A stretch of DNA of 64,000 nucleotides, from NCBI GenBank assembly GCA_002688015.1, contig NZBT01000008.1, positions 2,852 through 66,851 of the forward strand, given 5' to 3'. This stretch comes from Candidatus Pacearchaeota archaeon (GTDB lineage Archaea > Nanobdellota > Nanobdellia > Pacearchaeales > GW2011-AR1). Below are positions 19,771 to 29,519 of this stretch, piece by piece (position 1 is the first letter of the stretch; every line of letters begins with the position of its first letter). A model generated the notes under the pieces. It made no database searches and was not told the origin of the DNA. It saw nothing but the letters and a program-made list of their open reading frames with translations. The position numbers and the translations under genes were made by a program.

Positions 19771-19854
19771 TGCGGGTAAAAGGATTCGAACCTTTGTAAG
19801 CACTAAGCTAACGGATCTTGAGTCCGTCCCGTTTGACCGCTCCGGCATACCCGC
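19771..19854 (-). tRNA. tRNA-Leu(CAA)
   Basis: GCGGGTA/TACCCGC-A, ACGGA-CTCAAGA-TCCGT, long variable arm, TTCGAAT. Confidence 0.95.
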
Positions 19855-19906
19855 ACGATTTATTGAATATGGAAACCTTTTTAAATGAAACTATTTTAGC
19901 AAAATA

Positions 19907-20020
19907 GAAGACGGTCACAGTAATGTGGAAACGCCTGTTCCCATTCCGAACACAGAAGCTAAGCACACTACGTCCGTTGCATTAGTCTCCGTCAAGAGGC
20001 GAAACTCGGATGCTGTCTTC
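19907..20020 (+). rRNA. rrf: 5S rRNA (stand-alone)
   Basis: Terminal helix GAAGACGG/CTGTCTTC, conserved 'CCTGTTCCCATTCCGAACACAGAAGCTAAGC' loop C region, 'GGCGAAAC'; TATA upstream, T-tract downstream. Confidence 0.92.
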
Positions 20021-20116
20021 TTTATTTTTTTCTAAGAATGATACCAATCTAATACTTACGAAACTAATTCAAGAAATAAATAAGTTAAAGAAAATAAAAA
20101 AATAAGTTAAGAGGGT

Positions 20117-20452
20117 TTACCTCTTTGCTATCTTAAGGACATGTCTTATAGCTACTACAATTGTTGCAGGTACAAACAGCAACAACAACGCATCAACAAC
20201 AGTGGACAATCTAGTAACTACACTAAGAGTTTCCTGTCCAAATGAGCTAACGATCACTAAGACTGCTCCAGACATCAGAAATGGTGCGCTTTCTTTATCT
20301 GCAATATTCAAAAGTCCTATAATAACTCCAACAACCACTAAGATTGTTGCCATTGTTCCTGTAACGTTTCCTAGGAAACCTAGAACTAATGCCAATACAA
20401 CACCGATAAGGAATGCCCATCCCCCGATTACATTTCCCGCTTTTTTAGCCAT
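20117..20452 (-). CDS. Small 4-TM membrane protein
   Basis: 111 aa, 'GGWAFLIG', 'GLLNI..KE', SD AGGAGGTG upstream, T-rich terminator downstream. Confidence 0.8.
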   Translation of the reverse strand: MAKKAGNVIGGWAFLIGVVLALVLGFLGNVTGTMATILVVVGVIIGLLNIADKESAPFLMSGAVLVIVSSFGQETLSVVTRLSTVVDALLLLFVPATIVVAIRHVLKIAKR

Positions 20453-20652
20453 CTTTACACCTCCTTTTTCCTAATAAGTCTGATATGTTAACATAGTAAT
20501 CTCTCTTTATAATACTTTTCATCCAATAAGAATAGTAAAATTAAGAAGAATTACGCTTTCTTAAAGATTAAATCTCGTAAGAGTTTAATTATCTAAAAGG
20601 CTCATGCCTTTTTGAATATGAAATCTTTTAAAAGTTTCATTATCAGAGAAAG

Positions 20653-20850
20653 CTATGCTTTCTTGAACTTTGTAACTTCAGGAAGCATGTCGGCATGTCC
20701 TAACAAAGTAGCTCTGCAACAATATCTTTCCAATCCAAGCTCATCTAAAACTTTTCCAGCATCTTCTCCGGATTCAATACGCTTCTTATAATCTTCCCAC
20801 AACTGTCCAACGGGTTTTCCACACGACATACATCTAACAGGAATTATCAT
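20653..20850 (-). CDS. rpoN: DNA-directed RNA polymerase subunit N (Rpo10)
   Basis: 'MIIPVRCMSCGK', 'LDELGLERYCCR'; start placed at MIIP. Confidence 0.95.
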   Translation of the reverse strand: MIIPVRCMSCGKPVGQLWEDYKKRIESGEDAGKVLDELGLERYCCRATLLGHADMLPEVTKFKKA

Positions 20851-20884
20851 AACTATATTCATCAAAGATGGTTTTTAAAGCTTT

Positions 20885-21136
20885 TTACCAAAAAGAAACA
20901 CACCCATAATAGGAGTTATCATACAAATCCTCAACTTTAACTTCCGTTCTAGGATCAGTACTAACCCATTCTGATAATGTAAAATCTCCAACAATTATAA
21001 CTCCATCATTCTCAACCTTTGAGGCAGGCCTCATTCTAATTCTATCTAAAATTCTTAACTGCTCGAGATAATCTACAGTTCCCCCACTAACTCCGATTTC
21101 CCGATGATAATCTCTAATAATCTTGTCATCTTCCAT
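20885..21136 (-). CDS. Hypothetical protein
   Basis: ~83-aa ORF; start placed at MEDDK. Confidence 0.5.
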   Translation of the reverse strand: MEDDKIIRDYHREIGVSGGTVDYLEQLRILDRIRMRPASKVENDGVIIVGDFTLSEWVSTDPRTEVKVEDLYDNSYYGCVSFW

Positions 21137-21184
21137 CAATTTCAGAATCAAAAGCTTATTAAATTCATTTCTATTCTAAAGTAT

Positions 21185-21901
21185 ATGAAAACCCTTATTG
21201 ATTTAAAAAAAGTTATGAAATATTATTACATGGGAGAGGAAGTTGTTAAGGCAGTGGATGGAATAGACGTTTCTATTAGGGAAGGAGAATTTGTTGCGAT
21301 TATGGGCCCATCAGGCTCTGGAAAAAGTACAGCAATGAACCTTGTTGGTTCCTTAGACTTAGCAACAAAAGGGGCAATATATCTTGACGGAGAAAACATA
21401 GAACAAATGGAAGAATCAGAACTGGCTCAATTAAGAGGGAAAAAAATAGGATTTATATTCCAACAATTCAATTTAATTCCCAATCTAACTGCAAAAGAAA
21501 ACATAATGCTTCCAATGCTTTTCCAAGAAGTTAATCTAGAAGACAGAGAAGACAGAGCTGAAGAACTTTTGAATCTAGTAGATTTAGGAGATAGAATGGA
21601 TCATTATCCAAACCAGCTTTCAGGAGGGCAACAACAAAGAGTAGCTATTGCCCGCGCCTTAGCAAACAATCCAGATATTATCCTTGCAGATGAACCAACA
21701 GGAAATCTAGACACAAAAACAGGGGAATTAGTAATGGGCTTCTTAGAAAAATTTCACAAAGAAGGAAAGACAATTATAATGGTTACCCACGATCCAAATC
21801 TCGCGAAAGCCTATGCAAGCACAATCTATTGGCTAAAGGATGGAAAAATAGAAAAGACTACAAAGGGAAAAGTAAAGAATAATAAAAAGAGAGGAATGTA
21901 A
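21185..21901 (+). CDS. ABC transporter ATP-binding protein (MacB/LolD/FtsE family)
   Basis: [37 protein letters not shown]; start placed at MKTL. Confidence 0.95.
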   Translation: MKTLIDLKKVMKYYYMGEEVVKAVDGIDVSIREGEFVAIMGPSGSGKSTAMNLVGSLDLATKGAIYLDGENIEQMEESELAQLRGKKIGFIFQQFNLIPNLTAKENIMLPMLFQEVNLEDREDRAEELLNLVDLGDRMDHYPNQLSGGQQQRVAIARALANNPDIILADEPTGNLDTKTGELVMGFLEKFHKEGKTIIMVTHDPNLAKAYASTIYWLKDGKIEKTTKGKVKNNKKRGM

Positions 21902-23119
21902 ATGATTAGTGATTACTTCAGCCTTGCATTCAGAAATCTAAAAAAAAGAGGAATTAGATCTTGGCTAACTTTATTAGGAATCTTTATTGGAGTTGCGGCT
22001 GTTGTTTCCCTGATTTCTTTAGGAAATGGATTGCAACTTGCTGTAAATTCTCAGTTTGGTGTTTCTTCAACAGAAATAATCTCTGTTCAAGCAGGAGGAC
22101 TAAATGCTTATGGCCCTCCAGGATCTGCAGTATCAGATCCCTTAACAATAGACGATGTAGAGGCAATTAATAAATTAAGTGTCGTTGATAGAGCAATTAG
22201 AAGAAATATCCCTTCTGGTAAATTAGAATTTAACAATAAAGTAATTTTTGGGTTTGCAATGAGCATTCCTAGTGGAGAAGATAGAAAATTTACATATGAA
22301 GAACTTGATGCAGAATCCATAAAAGGAAGATTACTTGGAGAATCAGATAATGGAAATGTTGTCTTAGGTTACAATTTTTATGCAAATAAGGTAGGACTTG
22401 AAAAATCTGTTGATTTAGGAGATACTGTAAAAGTAAATGATAAACAATTCAAGGTTGTCGGAATTACAAAGAAAAAAGGGAGTTTTATTTTTGATAATAT
22501 TGTTCATATGAATGATGAGCCATTAAAAGATTTGATGGGTTATGGGGATGATGTAGATCTAATTGCGGTTAAAGTAAAAAACAAAGATCTAATGGACAAA
22601 GCAAAAAAAGACATAGAAGATTTATTAAGAAAAAGAAGAAATGTTGATAAAGGAGAAGAAGACTTTGAAGTTTCAACTCCTGAAGCTGCAATGGAAACAG
22701 TTAACAGTGTTTTAAATGGTGTTAAAGCTTTCGTTGCTCTTATAGCCTTAATATCTGTTCTTGTTGGAGCACTTGGAATTGTAAATACAATGACCACTTC
22801 TGTTTTAGAAAGAAGAAAAGAAATTGGGATTATGAAAGCAATAGGGGCTAAGAACTCCGATATATTCATGCAATTCCTTATTGAGGCAGGCCTTCTTGGT
22901 TTAATTGGAGGATTTATTGGGGCTGTTTTCGGAACATTAATTGGTATTCTCGGAATAATCGGAATTAATAATTTCATTGGTTCTTCAGCATCTGTAAATA
23001 TAGACTTTGTTTTAATCTTTCTCACTTTAACAGGTAGCTTTTTAGTTGGAGCCACAGCAGGACTTATTCCTGCAATGAGAGCTGCAAAACAAAATCCTGT
23101 GGAGGCATTAAGAGGTTAA
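21902..23119 (+). CDS. ABC permease, MacB/FtsX family
   Basis: 'RSWLTLLGIFIGV', large extracytoplasmic domain, 'SVLERRKEIGIMKAIGA', 'PA..AA..NPVEALR'. Confidence 0.93.
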   Translation: MISDYFSLAFRNLKKRGIRSWLTLLGIFIGVAAVVSLISLGNGLQLAVNSQFGVSSTEIISVQAGGLNAYGPPGSAVSDPLTIDDVEAINKLSVVDRAIRRNIPSGKLEFNNKVIFGFAMSIPSGEDRKFTYEELDAESIKGRLLGESDNGNVVLGYNFYANKVGLEKSVDLGDTVKVNDKQFKVVGITKKKGSFIFDNIVHMNDEPLKDLMGYGDDVDLIAVKVKNKDLMDKAKKDIEDLLRKRRNVDKGEEDFEVSTPEAAMETVNSVLNGVKAFVALIALISVLVGALGIVNTMTTSVLERRKEIGIMKAIGAKNSDIFMQFLIEAGLLGLIGGFIGAVFGTLIGILGIIGINNFIGSSASVNIDFVLIFLTLTGSFLVGATAGLIPAMRAAKQNPVEALRG

Positions 23120-23120
23120 A

Positions 23121-24326
23121 ATGAACATAGAAAGCATAAAATATTCGTTAAGAAATTTAAACCATAGAAAGGGACGTTCTCTATTAACAATCCTTTCTAT
23201 TTTTATGGGGATAGCTACAATTTTTATTTTCATTAGTTTTGGAGCAGGATTATATGATTATATTGGGGAACTTTCTTCTGGAACTTCTGTAGATAAAGTT
23301 CTTATTCAAGCTAAAGGAGTTGGAATACCCGGTTTAGATGATACGTTTGCTTTAACTGAAAAAGATTTAGAAGTTGTTGAGAAAACATCTGGAATTAAAG
23401 AAGCCACAGCTATTTCATTCAAAACAGCTGAAGTTATCAAAGATGGAAAAAAAGTTTTTACTTTTGTGATTGGATACGATCCAGAAAGTACACTTCTGTT
23501 TGAACTTTCAAATGTGGGAATTGATAAAGGTAAATGGTTAGACAAAAAAGATAATGGAAAAGTTCTAGCAGGATATAATTATCAAAAACCTGATTTAATA
23601 TTCCCAAAACCTTTTGATTTAAATGATAAAATAGAGATACAAGGACAAGAATTAAGAATTGTTGGTTTTCTTGAATCAATTGGAAGTCCTCCAGATGATG
23701 CCCAACTTTATGTAACAGAAGAACAATTAGATATATTATTTCCTGGAAATAATTCTTACGGATGGATTATTGCCAGTGTAAAAGATATTAATGAAATTGA
23801 TTTAGTTATCGAACGCCTTGAAAAAAAATTAAGAAAAAACCGTGGTTTAGATGAAGGAAAAGAAGACTTTTTTGTACAATCTTATCAAGATTTAATTGAT
23901 AGTTTCGCAGGAGCATTAAATATTGTAATTGGTTTCATAATCTTAATCGCTTTAATTTCTGTTTTAGTCTCGGCAGTCAATACAGCAAACACAATGATTA
24001 CTTCTGTCTTAGAAAGGATAAAGGAAATTGGAATAATGAAAGCTGTCGGCTCTCCAAACTCAGCGATATTTAATATATTTCTATTTGAGTCTTCATTATT
24101 AGGTTTTATCGCAGGGGCAGTTGGAGTTCTTGTTGGATTCACAATCACTTCTATTGTTGGTAGCATATTAGATGGAATGGGTTGGGGCTTCCTTTCTCCA
24201 TATTATCATCCATACTTGTTCATAGGACTTATCGCTTTTGCAACAATTACAGGAGCTATCTCAGGAGTAATACCAGCAATTAAAGCTTCAAAGATAAAAC
24301 CAGTAAATGCATTAAGATATGAATAG
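23121..24326 (+). CDS. ABC permease, MacB/FtsX family (second paralog)
   Basis: 'RSLLTILSIFMG', 'SVLERIKEIGIMKAVG', 'PA.KAS..KPVNALRYE'. Confidence 0.93.
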   Translation: MNIESIKYSLRNLNHRKGRSLLTILSIFMGIATIFIFISFGAGLYDYIGELSSGTSVDKVLIQAKGVGIPGLDDTFALTEKDLEVVEKTSGIKEATAISFKTAEVIKDGKKVFTFVIGYDPESTLLFELSNVGIDKGKWLDKKDNGKVLAGYNYQKPDLIFPKPFDLNDKIEIQGQELRIVGFLESIGSPPDDAQLYVTEEQLDILFPGNNSYGWIIASVKDINEIDLVIERLEKKLRKNRGLDEGKEDFFVQSYQDLIDSFAGALNIVIGFIILIALISVLVSAVNTANTMITSVLERIKEIGIMKAVGSPNSAIFNIFLFESSLLGFIAGAVGVLVGFTITSIVGSILDGMGWGFLSPYYHPYLFIGLIAFATITGAISGVIPAIKASKIKPVNALRYE

Positions 24327-24452
24327 AATTCTAAGATTAGTTCCAAAGAATATTATCTTGCTGGTTCAAATGAAATTGGAAGGGTGATCCTCGTCAGTGA
24401 TGCAATTACTGCACAAAAATAATTAAATTGAGAATATGTTGGTGAAATAGAA

Positions 24453-25316
24453 TTATTCGTGTCGATGTTTATTTTTCTGCTTATCCTTCTTCTTTTTTCT
24501 TCTCCAAAGCCAGAAAATAATAACTAAAACAACAAAAGCAATAATATAATAAGTTGTCTTACTTCCTCCATTTTGATCCCTTGCCCTACCAGTAAAGTAA
24601 CTGGAATCATACGTAACAGATTTTTCCAATTGTCTTCTTTCGCTAATTTCATCAGTGTACAAGATTACTAAATCAATCTCCCCATCCGTTGGAACTGCCT
24701 CAAAACTAAATGTTGTGTCTTCATTTGAATCCAAAGATCCAACAATATTTCTATTACTCCCCTTAATTGAGATACTCTCCTGCTTTGGAATCTCTACAGT
24801 AAGTGCTTCAACGTCATTCTCCCCTATATTAAGAATTTCAAAAGTCAAAGTCCTTGTTCCTGCAACATAATCTTTTATTGAAACTTCAAAATCAGTTTCT
24901 AAATCTTCAACAGTAATATTAAATTCTCTAACTGTAATTGCTTTATTATTTTCCACACCGTTTGAAAACTTGATTTCTAGAGAATTATCACCATCTCTAG
25001 CGTCTTTAGCAACTCTTAATTTATAAGGAATCAATAAGTAAGTGTTAAAATCAGAAACAGTCCCGCCCTCTGCAGTAACTCGAGCTTCCTGCCCAGGAAT
25101 CAATTCAAAAGGAAATTCTTCAACAAGTTCAAAAACAACATTCTTACACTCAGGATTTGAAATACCATTCAATTGGAACACTACTTTAACTTCATCCCCA
25201 GGAATTACAGGATAAGGATCTTGATTAATCAGTTTTGCATCTAAAGAACAACTAGCTGCACTTACCAAACTAATCATAAATACTCCCAATAAGACAGCTA
25301 GAATTACTCTTTTCAT
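24453..25316 (-). CDS. COG1361-like S-layer-domain surface protein
   Basis: Signal peptide ending VSA, 'QDPYPVIPGD', Ig-like 'I.NIG', C-terminal TM plus basic tail. Confidence 0.75.
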   Translation of the reverse strand: MKRVILAVLLGVFMISLVSAASCSLDAKLINQDPYPVIPGDEVKVVFQLNGISNPECKNVVFELVEEFPFELIPGQEARVTAEGGTVSDFNTYLLIPYKLRVAKDARDGDNSLEIKFSNGVENNKAITVREFNITVEDLETDFEVSIKDYVAGTRTLTFEILNIGENDVEALTVEIPKQESISIKGSNRNIVGSLDSNEDTTFSFEAVPTDGEIDLVILYTDEISERRQLEKSVTYDSSYFTGRARDQNGGSKTTYYIIAFVVLVIIFWLWRRKKKKDKQKNKHRHE

Positions 25317-25359
25317 GTTATTAATAAAACTTTTCTCCTTTTAAATATTACTTTTTACA

Positions 25360-26370
25360 TCAAACAACCTTATTCTTAACTTTTCCTCCTAAAAAGGCTT
25401 TAACATTCTCAACAGTCATATCCAAAATTCTCTGCTCGGCTTCTTTTGTGTAAAATGCCATATGCGGTGTAACAATAACATTATCATAATCAATTAACAA
25501 ATGATTCTCTATAAGGGCACGCCAGTCACTTACTTTTTCTTTCTTCTTAAACAACTCTGCTTCTTCCCCAAAATCTTCTTCCTCTTCTAAAACATCTAAA
25601 CCAGCTCCTGCAAGGATACCTTCATCTAGTGCCCAACGTAAAGCTCCAGTTTCAATTATCTCTCCTCTAGAAGTATTAATCAGTATTGATCCTTTTCTCA
25701 CTTTCCCAATATTATTCTTATTTATCATATGCTTCGTTTCTTCAGTCAATGGAACATGAAGTGTTATTACATCACTTTTCTCTAACAATTCATCTAATTC
25801 AACATACTTGAATCCGAGTTTTCCAGCTAATTCCTCATCTCTAGATTTATTAAAAGCAATAACCTCCATTTGAAAACCATTAGCAATCTTAATTACATGT
25901 TGCCCTATATGTCCTGCTCCAATAACTCCTAATGTCTTTCCTTTCAAATCAAATCCTTGTAGTCCCTCAAGTACGAAGTCATCACTTTTTTTAACACTCT
26001 CAATTCCTTTCCATATCTTTCTTGACAAGTTTAATATCAATCCAAATGTGTGCTCCGCAACAGTATTCTCTCCATAACTAGGAACATTACTCACATTTAT
26101 TCCAAACTCCTTTGCACTCTCAATGTCAATATGATCATATCCAGTTGACATTGTAGCAACGTACTTTAGCTCCGGCAAGTCTCTCATCACCTTTCTATCA
26201 ATTTCAGAATCAACAAAAAGCACAATTCCTTCAGCGTCCTTTATCTTTCCCAAACCTGTCTTATCTAATTCCTCAGAAAAAAATACAATCTCATGTTTCC
26301 CAATATCTCCCAATCTATTTCTCACATATTCTGCTTTCTCTTTATCTGTTTCCAAAAACACAATTTTCAT
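25360..26370 (-). CDS. D-isomer-specific 2-hydroxyacid dehydrogenase (D-lactate dehydrogenase-like)
   Basis: 'STGYDHID', 'VAEH', 'GVIGAGHIG', 'INTSRG', 'LDVLEEE', 'TPHMAFYT'. Confidence 0.92.
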   Translation of the reverse strand: MKIVFLETDKEKAEYVRNRLGDIGKHEIVFFSEELDKTGLGKIKDAEGIVLFVDSEIDRKVMRDLPELKYVATMSTGYDHIDIESAKEFGINVSNVPSYGENTVAEHTFGLILNLSRKIWKGIESVKKSDDFVLEGLQGFDLKGKTLGVIGAGHIGQHVIKIANGFQMEVIAFNKSRDEELAGKLGFKYVELDELLEKSDVITLHVPLTEETKHMINKNNIGKVRKGSILINTSRGEIIETGALRWALDEGILAGAGLDVLEEEEDFGEEAELFKKKEKVSDWRALIENHLLIDYDNVIVTPHMAFYTKEAEQRILDMTVENVKAFLGGKVKNKVV

Positions 26371-27314
26371 TTTTCTTTCTTCTCCACAATTTTAACTTTT
26401 CTAATCTTACCTAAATCACTTCTTCTCAAAAGTCCATTCTTTGCTCCCCTAATCTGAATAACAGATTCAGCATTAGCACTTCCTATCTGAATCGCCTTCT
26501 CAATCCCAAAATTTTTAATTATTCCATAAACAAAACCAGAAGCAAAAGCATCTCCAGCTCCAGTTGTTTCCCTACATTTAATATTTTTATTTGCGTGCGC
26601 TCTATACAAATTAATTCCATCACTTGTCTCACTTCCCTTATCCCCCTCAGTAATACAAATGATCTTAACGCCAAGCTTATGTAGTTTCTCATGCAAATTC
26701 CCTTTCCCAACTAAAATTCCTGCCTCTTTCTTATTCAAGATCAAAACATCTGTATTCTTCAATATCTTTTTCAATCTATTCTTCCCCAAACAAACTTGAT
26801 ATTGACTTGGATTAAACGCAACCTTTGTCCCCTTCCCAACAGCAAATTCCACAAGTTTCTCCATCGTCTTAAAGGACTCTTCCATCATACTTGAAAAGTA
26901 AAACCAATCAGCTTTCAATTTCCCCTTCTCAACTTCACCCCACTTTATCGTATTACTTGCTCCTTTGTAAGTCAATATTGTCCTTCTCCCTTTCTTAGCT
27001 CCTAAAATAGCGCTATATGCAGTATGCTCTTTACTCTTTATCCCAAGAAACGGAACATTATCTTTTCCCAACTCACGCAAAACAATCTCTCCATTTTTTC
27101 CTTCTCCAATCTTTCCAAAATATCCTGCTTTCAATCCAAGCCTTCTAAAAGCCACAGCAGTATTCGTCCCTCCTCCCCCAATACTAAAATTAATATCATC
27201 AATTAAGATCTTATCTCCAACATCAAAGCATAACTGCCCTTTACTTTCCCTTACAGATGTATCCATGTATATATCTACCACTGCACTTCCAAAAGTTATT
27301 ATATCGTATTTCAT
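26367..27314 (-). CDS. PfkB-family carbohydrate kinase
   Basis: 'GGGGTNTAV', 'NKKEA', 'ETTGAGDAFASG'. Confidence 0.92.
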   Translation of the reverse strand: MKYDIITFGSAVVDIYMDTSVRESKGQLCFDVGDKILIDDINFSIGGGGTNTAVAFRRLGLKAGYFGKIGEGKNGEIVLRELGKDNVPFLGIKSKEHTAYSAILGAKKGRRTILTYKGASNTIKWGEVEKGKLKADWFYFSSMMEESFKTMEKLVEFAVGKGTKVAFNPSQYQVCLGKNRLKKILKNTDVLILNKKEAGILVGKGNLHEKLHKLGVKIICITEGDKGSETSDGINLYRAHANKNIKCRETTGAGDAFASGFVYGIIKNFGIEKAIQIGSANAESVIQIRGAKNGLLRRSDLGKIRKVKIVEKKEK

Positions 27315-28462
27315 CCCTTTTCCCTCTTCAAAGCCTCAAGTCCAGGAAGCTTCTTCCCCGCAATATAATGCACTAAAGCTCCTCCACTTAAACTAATATA
27401 TCCTAACTTTTTCTCGTTTATATTCATTTCTCTCGCTGCTGTTGATGAATGTCCTCCAGCAACAACACAGAAGGCTGGAGATTTCTCCATAGCTTTCAAT
27501 AATCTCTTTGTTCCCAGGCAGAAACCTTTAACGCCACAATTCCCTGGAGTTCCCTTCATGAATACAAATGAACAGCCCGCAATAATCTTCTCATACTTTT
27601 TTATCGTCTCTTCCCCAATGTCCAAAGCACGAGCATTAACAGGCCAATTCTTCTCTCCAATGTCTTTTCTTTTTCTCTTAATCAAAAAGCCAAAATCAGA
27701 AGGCTTATGCATATGCCCTAACTCTTTCTTAATTATCTTCCCAAATTCCTGCATCTCCTTCTTTCTTTTCTTATTTTCCAGGCCCAGATTCTTCCCAGAA
27801 ACAATACTGCATAACACAGAAAAAACTCCAGCAGCCAAAATATTTTTCTTTTTCACTAATAACATAAGATCATCAACTTTGTTCCCTCCAAGAAGATAAT
27901 GGCAATCTCCTAATCTTATCTTTCCAATATTTTTCAACTCTTTCTCAAAAGTTCTCCCCATTCCAGCGTCCATATACTTAGGGAAAGAAACAATGCTCGT
28001 TTGATCCCTATGTGCAACAGAAAAAGCATCATTAATGTAAATATCAAATCTATCCTTAAACTCCTCAACAATCATATTCCCTTTCTTTTTTGGATCATAT
28101 TCATCTTTTTGAAACCTCACGTTTTCCAACAAAATAGCTTGCCCGCTCCTCAAACTATCAATCTCAGAAATTGCTTTCTTTCCCAATGTATCTTTAACAA
28201 ACTTAATCTTGCAATACTTGTTTAACAATTTAACATGCCCTTTCAATGATTTGAAATCCTTTTTATCAGGCTGCCCTTGATGAGCAAGAACAACAACTCT
28301 CCCGCCTTTCCTTTGAATCTCTCTTATTGTCTTTCCACTTTGTTCAATCCTCTCGTTATTTTCTACTTTATTTCTAACAAAAGGAGAATTAATATCCGCT
28401 CTAACTAGAACTCTCTTTCCTTTAAAGTTAAAATCGTCAAGTGTTCTTATTCCTTTGAACAT
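27311..28462 (-). CDS. pgk: Phosphoglycerate kinase (archaeal-like)
   Basis: 'RADINSP', 'AHQG', 'LLENVRF', 'NDAFSVAHR', 'GGH', 'ISLSGGA', 'LPGLEAL'. Confidence 0.95.
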   Translation of the reverse strand: MFKGIRTLDDFNFKGKRVLVRADINSPFVRNKVENNERIEQSGKTIREIQRKGGRVVVLAHQGQPDKKDFKSLKGHVKLLNKYCKIKFVKDTLGKKAISEIDSLRSGQAILLENVRFQKDEYDPKKKGNMIVEEFKDRFDIYINDAFSVAHRDQTSIVSFPKYMDAGMGRTFEKELKNIGKIRLGDCHYLLGGNKVDDLMLLVKKKNILAAGVFSVLCSIVSGKNLGLENKKRKKEMQEFGKIIKKELGHMHKPSDFGFLIKRKRKDIGEKNWPVNARALDIGEETIKKYEKIIAGCSFVFMKGTPGNCGVKGFCLGTKRLLKAMEKSPAFCVVAGGHSSTAAREMNINEKKLGYISLSGGALVHYIAGKKLPGLEALKREKG

Positions 28463-28463
28463 T

Positions 28464-29462
28464 CTACTTGCTCCACTTTCTCATCAATTTCAGAACATCA
28501 ACAACTCTATTACTATATCCATATTCATTATCATACCAAACTAATACCTTAGCTAGATTTCCTTGCTTCTGCGTAGAAAGAGCATCGACAATGCCGCTTT
28601 CAGTTCTTCCAATAATATCTGTTGAAACAAGTTCTTCTTCAGTATATCCAATAATTCCTTTCATACTTCCTTTACTCTCTTTCTTGAAAATCTGATTGAG
28701 CCCCTTTTCAGTAAAGTTCTTCTTCAATTCAACAGTTAGATCCAATAAACTACCATCCGGAATGGGAACACGAACTGCAAATCCTTTTATCTTCCCAAGT
28801 AATTTAGGAAAGACAACACATATAGAATCACTAGCTCCGGTTGTTGAAGGAATAAGGTTCATTAAAGCTGCCCTTCCAAGTCTTCTTCTTTTTTCAGAAC
28901 TTGTATCAACTACACTTTGACTTGAAGTGTAAGCATGTATTGTTGTAAATAACGCATTCTTAATTCCAAACTTCTTATCTAAAACAGCAACAACAGGCGC
29001 TAACGCATTTGTTGTACAACTTGCTACTGAAATTATCTCATCTCCTTTCTCCAATTTATTCTCATTAACTCCTGGAAGAATAATGATATCCGGATTGTCA
29101 GCGGGTGCAGTAATCACCACTTTTTTTGCACCCGCTTGAATATGTTTGCTTGCACTTCTCTTATCAGTAAATTTTCCTGTAGCCTCAACAACTGTATCTA
29201 TTTTAAGATCAGCCCAAGGCAAATTCTCTGGATTCCTCTCCGATAATACAACAATCTTCTTCCCGTTAACAATCAGTTCCCCTCTTTTCCCCTTTTTAAT
29301 TGTGCCTTTAAACTTCCCATGAATACTTCCATATTTAAGCAAATAGATAACATCATCAACTCCATGAATATCATTTATAGCTACAACTCTGATTCCTCCC
29401 TCTAAACACAATTTAAAAACACTTTCCCCAATTCTACCAAAACCATTTATTGCTACTCTCAT
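28464..29462 (-). CDS. gap: Glyceraldehyde-3-phosphate dehydrogenase, class I (bacterial type)
   Basis: 'AINGFGRIG', 'ASCTTN', 'HAYT', 'PSTTGA', 'VRVP', 'WYDNEYGYS'. Confidence 0.95.
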   Translation of the reverse strand: MRVAINGFGRIGESVFKLCLEGGIRVVAINDIHGVDDVIYLLKYGSIHGKFKGTIKKGKRGELIVNGKKIVVLSERNPENLPWADLKIDTVVEATGKFTDKRSASKHIQAGAKKVVITAPADNPDIIILPGVNENKLEKGDEIISVASCTTNALAPVVAVLDKKFGIKNALFTTIHAYTSSQSVVDTSSEKRRRLGRAALMNLIPSTTGASDSICVVFPKLLGKIKGFAVRVPIPDGSLLDLTVELKKNFTEKGLNQIFKKESKGSMKGIIGYTEEELVSTDIIGRTESGIVDALSTQKQGNLAKVLVWYDNEYGYSNRVVDVLKLMRKWSK

Positions 29463-29519
29463 AAAAACCCCTTTTAATATAAAGATAACAGCGAAAGTTA
29501 AATTATAAACCTTTTCAAT

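Noticed and set aside
24375-24412. Hammerhead ribozyme (CUGACGA on the minus strand)
   Set aside because: No GAAA after stem II and no consistent stems I/III.
24324-24422. Read-through of the permease TAG into a 31-codon open frame
   Set aside because: 'ALRYE' is the normal C-terminus of MacB-family permeases, and a short open frame is expected by chance.
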